The position numbers were made by a program, and so were the translations under genes. A model generated the notes under the pieces. The model saw nothing but the letters and a program-made list of their open reading frames with translations. It was not told where the DNA came from and did not search any database. From Gammaproteobacteria bacterium (lineage in GTDB: Bacteria; Pseudomonadota; Gammaproteobacteria; Eutrophobiales; Eutrophobiaceae), in the NCBI GenBank assembly GCA_965240365.1, contig OZ251218.1:2254356-2318355 (forward strand): a stretch of 64,000 bases of DNA, read 5' to 3'. Below, piece after piece: positions 61,123 to 64,000 of this stretch (position 1 is its first letter; each line of letters opens with the position of its first letter).

Positions 61123-61923
61123 CTAAGATTCAGGCTGCCATTGCCTGGCGATCAAGCGCCGCTCTTCCTCTTTGCTCAGGGGAGCGTCTGCCATGAGATT
61201 ATCTACCGCGGCATTCAGGGCCTCGGAATCCTGGCCTGATGCCAGTTGATAGCCATTGCCCTGGCCGGTTTCCGGCCCCGCTGCCGCCGCCTCCAGACGC
61301 CAACTGGCATCATCTGCGCGGCAGGCCAGGCCCGTCATGCTTTTAAGCTCATAATGCAGGTCAAATTCCCGGCAATAATTGCCGTTCGTGCTTTTAAAGC
61401 TCAACACGGGTTCAAAGGTGACGGTATGGCCGTTTTCTGCCAGCCTGACCGAGTTGGCGCTCAGCGTATGCTCCAAAGCGCCATGCAATTCGCTGCCGGG
61501 CCTGAATTCAGCGCCGGGCTTGATCTCAGAGGCCAGGGCGGGGCCGGCCAGCCGATTATCGGTCAGCAACAGGCTGCCCGTGATGGCGCCGATCATGAGC
61601 GTGACCGAGGCCGCGAGCGAGGCCGGTTTCCAGTAGCCAAGGCGCGCCTTGTGTTTGCGGACGCGGCCGCTGATGGGTATCACGTTCGCGGCCTTTTCTG
61701 TCTGGCCGGCCGGCCCGCTGATGGTCTTGAGGAACCGCTCGGGGATTTTATCCTCCAGCGGAAATGCCTGCTTGAGCAGGGCGTCAAGACGCCTTATTTT
61801 TTTAACCCTGATCTTCAAATCAAGCTCCGTTACCGGTTGATTTTCAAACTGTTTTCTCTGCGCTCTGCTCAATTCGCCATCGGCGTAGGCAGACACTGTT
61901 TCATCGCTGATGTTCATAATCAT
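61123..61923 (-). CDS. Anti-sigma factor (N-terminal anti-sigma domain, single TM, periplasmic C-terminal domain)
   Basis: N-terminal DETVSAYADGELSRAQRKQFE typical of RseA/ChrR-type anti-sigma factors; TM PASLAASVTLMIGAITGSLL; follows the ECF sigma gene with a 3-bp gap. Confidence 0.7.
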   Translation of the reverse strand: MIMNISDETVSAYADGELSRAQRKQFENQPVTELDLKIRVKKIRRLDALLKQAFPLEDKIPERFLKTISGPAGQTEKAANVIPISGRVRKHKARLGYWKPASLAASVTLMIGAITGSLLLTDNRLAGPALASEIKPGAEFRPGSELHGALEHTLSANSVRLAENGHTVTFEPVLSFKSTNGNYCREFDLHYELKSMTGLACRADDASWRLEAAAAGPETGQGNGYQLASGQDSEALNAAVDNLMADAPLSKEEERRLIARQWQPES

Positions 61924-61926
61924 TTC

Positions 61927-62424
61927 CTATAAATCAAAGTGTTCGATTAATGTTTTTCTCGCTCTCGACAGGCGGCTCATCACGGTGCCGACCGGAATAT
62001 CGAGTAATTCTGCCGCTTCTTTGTAAGAATATCCTTCCACCGCGACCAGGACCAGGACCGCGCGCTGATCTTCAGGCAACTCGCGCATCCTTTCGGTGAC
62101 TTCCCGCAATTCATGCGTGGTATCCATGTCGGCCAGATTGTCGTCCGCGATATTGATCTCTTCATCGTCTATATCCTCGGTATTGGCCCTGACCTTTTGC
62201 GCCCTGAGTTGATCCAGCCATATATTTTTAGCTATCTTGAACACCCAGGACTTCAGTGGCCGGCTGCTGTCCCAGGCCGAGCTTTTGCTCAGCGCCCTTT
62301 CCAGGGTGGCCTGCGTCAAATCATCGGCCGTGTCTCTGTCACAGGTCAGACCGTGGGCAAATCGCCTCAACTCCGGCAACAACTCTACCAGGCCGGTCTG
62401 AATCTGCTCTGTTTCTCTGTTCAA
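61927..62424 (-). CDS. ECF RNA polymerase sigma factor
   Basis: Region 2 (DTADDLTQATLERALSK, WVFKIAKNIWLDQLR) and region 4 (SYKEAAELLDIPVGTVMSRLSRARKTL); TTG start. Confidence 0.85.
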   Translation of the reverse strand: MNRETEQIQTGLVELLPELRRFAHGLTCDRDTADDLTQATLERALSKSSAWDSSRPLKSWVFKIAKNIWLDQLRAQKVRANTEDIDDEEINIADDNLADMDTTHELREVTERMRELPEDQRAVLVLVAVEGYSYKEAAELLDIPVGTVMSRLSRARKTLIEHFDL

Positions 62425-62556
62425 CCTTGCTCTTCTTGTTAATACGTTTCAAATGGATAATTTATTCCAAAATTCATGGAATATAATGTCAGGCCCAGAC
62501 GTACTGACTATAATTAAGCCGTAAACATTCTAACTTTTTCAAAAGAAGATATAAAA

Positions 62557-64000
62557 AATGTGGAAATTAGCGCTGTCTTTGCTGTTTTTTTTGCCGGTCG
62601 CGGCCCTGTTGCCTGATCTGCACACGTCAAACCCGCTCGCCTCGCGCGAGGATGGCCGGGGATCCCCTGTATTTCGAATAGTCTCGCTGCTGCCGCTACA
62701 GGCCGTTTATGCGCTGGAGGATTTCGATGATGACTCCGCGGACGGCGATGCGGATGGCGATGACGGCTTTGACAGTGACTTTGATGATGACGATGCCACG
62801 GATGATTTCGCGGGGAATGATGATAGCAGGGACGATAGTGACGGATTCTCGGCAGGACGTGATAACAGCGGGGATGATAGCGACCGCTTCACTGCGGAGC
62901 GTGATGACAGCGGGGATGATAGCAACCGCTTCACGACAGGGCGTGACGACAGTCGGGATGATAGTGACCGCTTACCAACGGGGCGCGATGACAGCGGGGA
63001 CGATAGTAACCGCTTCACGGCAGGGCGTGATGATAGTGAGGACGATGCAGATTCACGGCGTGACGATGATGATGACTTCGCATTTGATGACGCCAACGCT
63101 GACGATGGTGACAGGGATGACTTCGAACGTGATGATGACGGGGGGATTGGCGATGAGACGGATGACGGTTTTGAGACCGCCTTCGGTTTTGATGGCGACG
63201 ATAACGATGATGGCAATGGCGATGAGGGTATCGAGGTGGACAATCCAAGCGATGCCGGGGATGATGGCGCCGATGACGATGCCCTTGCGCGCGGCGGCGA
63301 AGATGGTGACGACCGGGAACAGTTAGACGGCAACGCCGCCGCCCCGGAAAGTGATACTTTCATCAGCCTGGAAAATGACACTTTTATAATCCCTGATGAT
63401 AATCCCTTGCGTCTGGATAATATCGTACAGGGTCCGGACGGCGATCCCCATATCAATGGCGAAATGCTGGTCCTGGTTGACGCCACGGAATACAATGAAA
63501 TCATCAGCAAACTCCAGTACCGGATTATTGCCGAGCAGAGGATCAAGACACTCGGCCAGGTTTTGGTCAGATTACAGGTGCCCACGCGCGATTTTCAGAC
63601 TGCCGCCGAACTCATCAGCGCTAACGCGCCCGGCGCGAGCATAGACTACAACCACACTTACGATTTATCCAACGCCGGCGCCGCCCTGGAAACAGGGGCG
63701 GAAATCCGGCACGACAGCCGTATTGCGCTGGACGGCGCGAGGGTAAAAATAGGCATGATTGACTCGGGCGTGGACAGATTTCACCCGAGCCTGAAACAGG
63801 CGGATCTGGTTATTCGTGATTTTTCGCCGAAAAATACCAGAACGTCTTTTAGCCACGGCACCGCCATTGCCTCGCTTATCGTCGGCAATGAAGAGAGCAG
63901 GTTCACGGGCTTCATCCCCACGGCCACCTTATATGCGGCATCGGTCTTCGGCCTTTCCGAGAAGGGCCATATTCGCTCCACCACCGAAGACCTGGTCCGG
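62557..64000 (+). CDS. Secreted subtilisin-like serine protease (S8 family) with an acidic Asp-rich tandem-repeat region after the signal peptide; partial, continues past the window end
   Basis: Read in the third plus-strand frame (absent from the ORF track because no stop in window). Signal peptide MWKLALSLLFFLPVAALL; 14-aa repeats RDDSGDDSNRFTAG; catalytic Asp box VKIGMIDSGVD and His box SHGTAIASLIVG. Confidence 0.75.
62830..63050. repeat. Coding tandem repeat, about 5 copies of a 42-bp unit (cgtgatgacagcggggatgatagcaaccgcttcacgacaggg)
   Basis: Direct inspection; encodes the RDDSGDDS(N/D)RFT(A/T)G repeats. Confidence 0.85.

Noticed and set aside
62707-63585. 292-aa Ser/Pro-rich minus-strand ORF and 205-aa Met/Thr-rich plus-strand ORF (62709-63326)
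   Set aside because: Wrong-frame readings of the acidic tandem-repeat region; the third plus-strand frame gives a signal peptide and subtilase catalytic boxes

Overview
High-GC (about 60-63%) proteobacterial chromosomal window. Gene content and synteny (amiC-mutL-miaA-hfq-hflX-hflK-hflC-yjeT-hisZ-purA; hrcA-grpE-dnaK-dnaJ with a CIRCE operator and a sigma32-type promoter; nadK-recN) point to a gamma- or betaproteobacterium. A hopanoid biosynthesis operon is present (squalene synthase, squalene-hopene cyclase, hpnG-like nucleosidase, hpnN-like MMPL/RND exporter) with a HEPN/MNT toxin-antitoxin pair embedded in it. Other content: a FecI-FecR-FecA-type iron-signalling cassette, an RND efflux pair, a NarL/NarX-type two-component system, an ECF sigma/anti-sigma pair and a partial secreted subtilase. 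Nearly every intergenic region carries mosaics of short palindromic repeats (ATTCCNGC-4nt-GCNGGAAT stems, i.e. ATTCCC-N8-GGGAAT dRS3-like units, plus CTGCCTGCTGCAGGCAGG palindromes) and two MITE families with terminal inverted repeats and target-site duplications. The most unusual region is 34.4-38.8 kb: a small conserved protein plus retropepsin-like (DTG) aspartic protease cassette bounded by a 228-bp direct duplication, a higBA module whose higB 5' end is chimeric with that duplication, a parD remnant, and a sharply lower-GC island (about 36.2-38.76 kb) encoding an uncharacterised 742-aa protein with an N-terminal Mrr-type restriction-endonuclease-like domain followed by a small 2-TM protein, a candidate undescribed defence-type system. 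Also notable: a TonB-dependent receptor pseudogene carrying a 36-nt homopolymeric G tract (poly-Pro coding) just after its signal peptide, an apparent 1-nt frameshift in dnaJ, and a second lower-GC islet of small secreted proteins plus an HExxH protein. All functional calls come from motif and family recognition by eye; no database searches were run.
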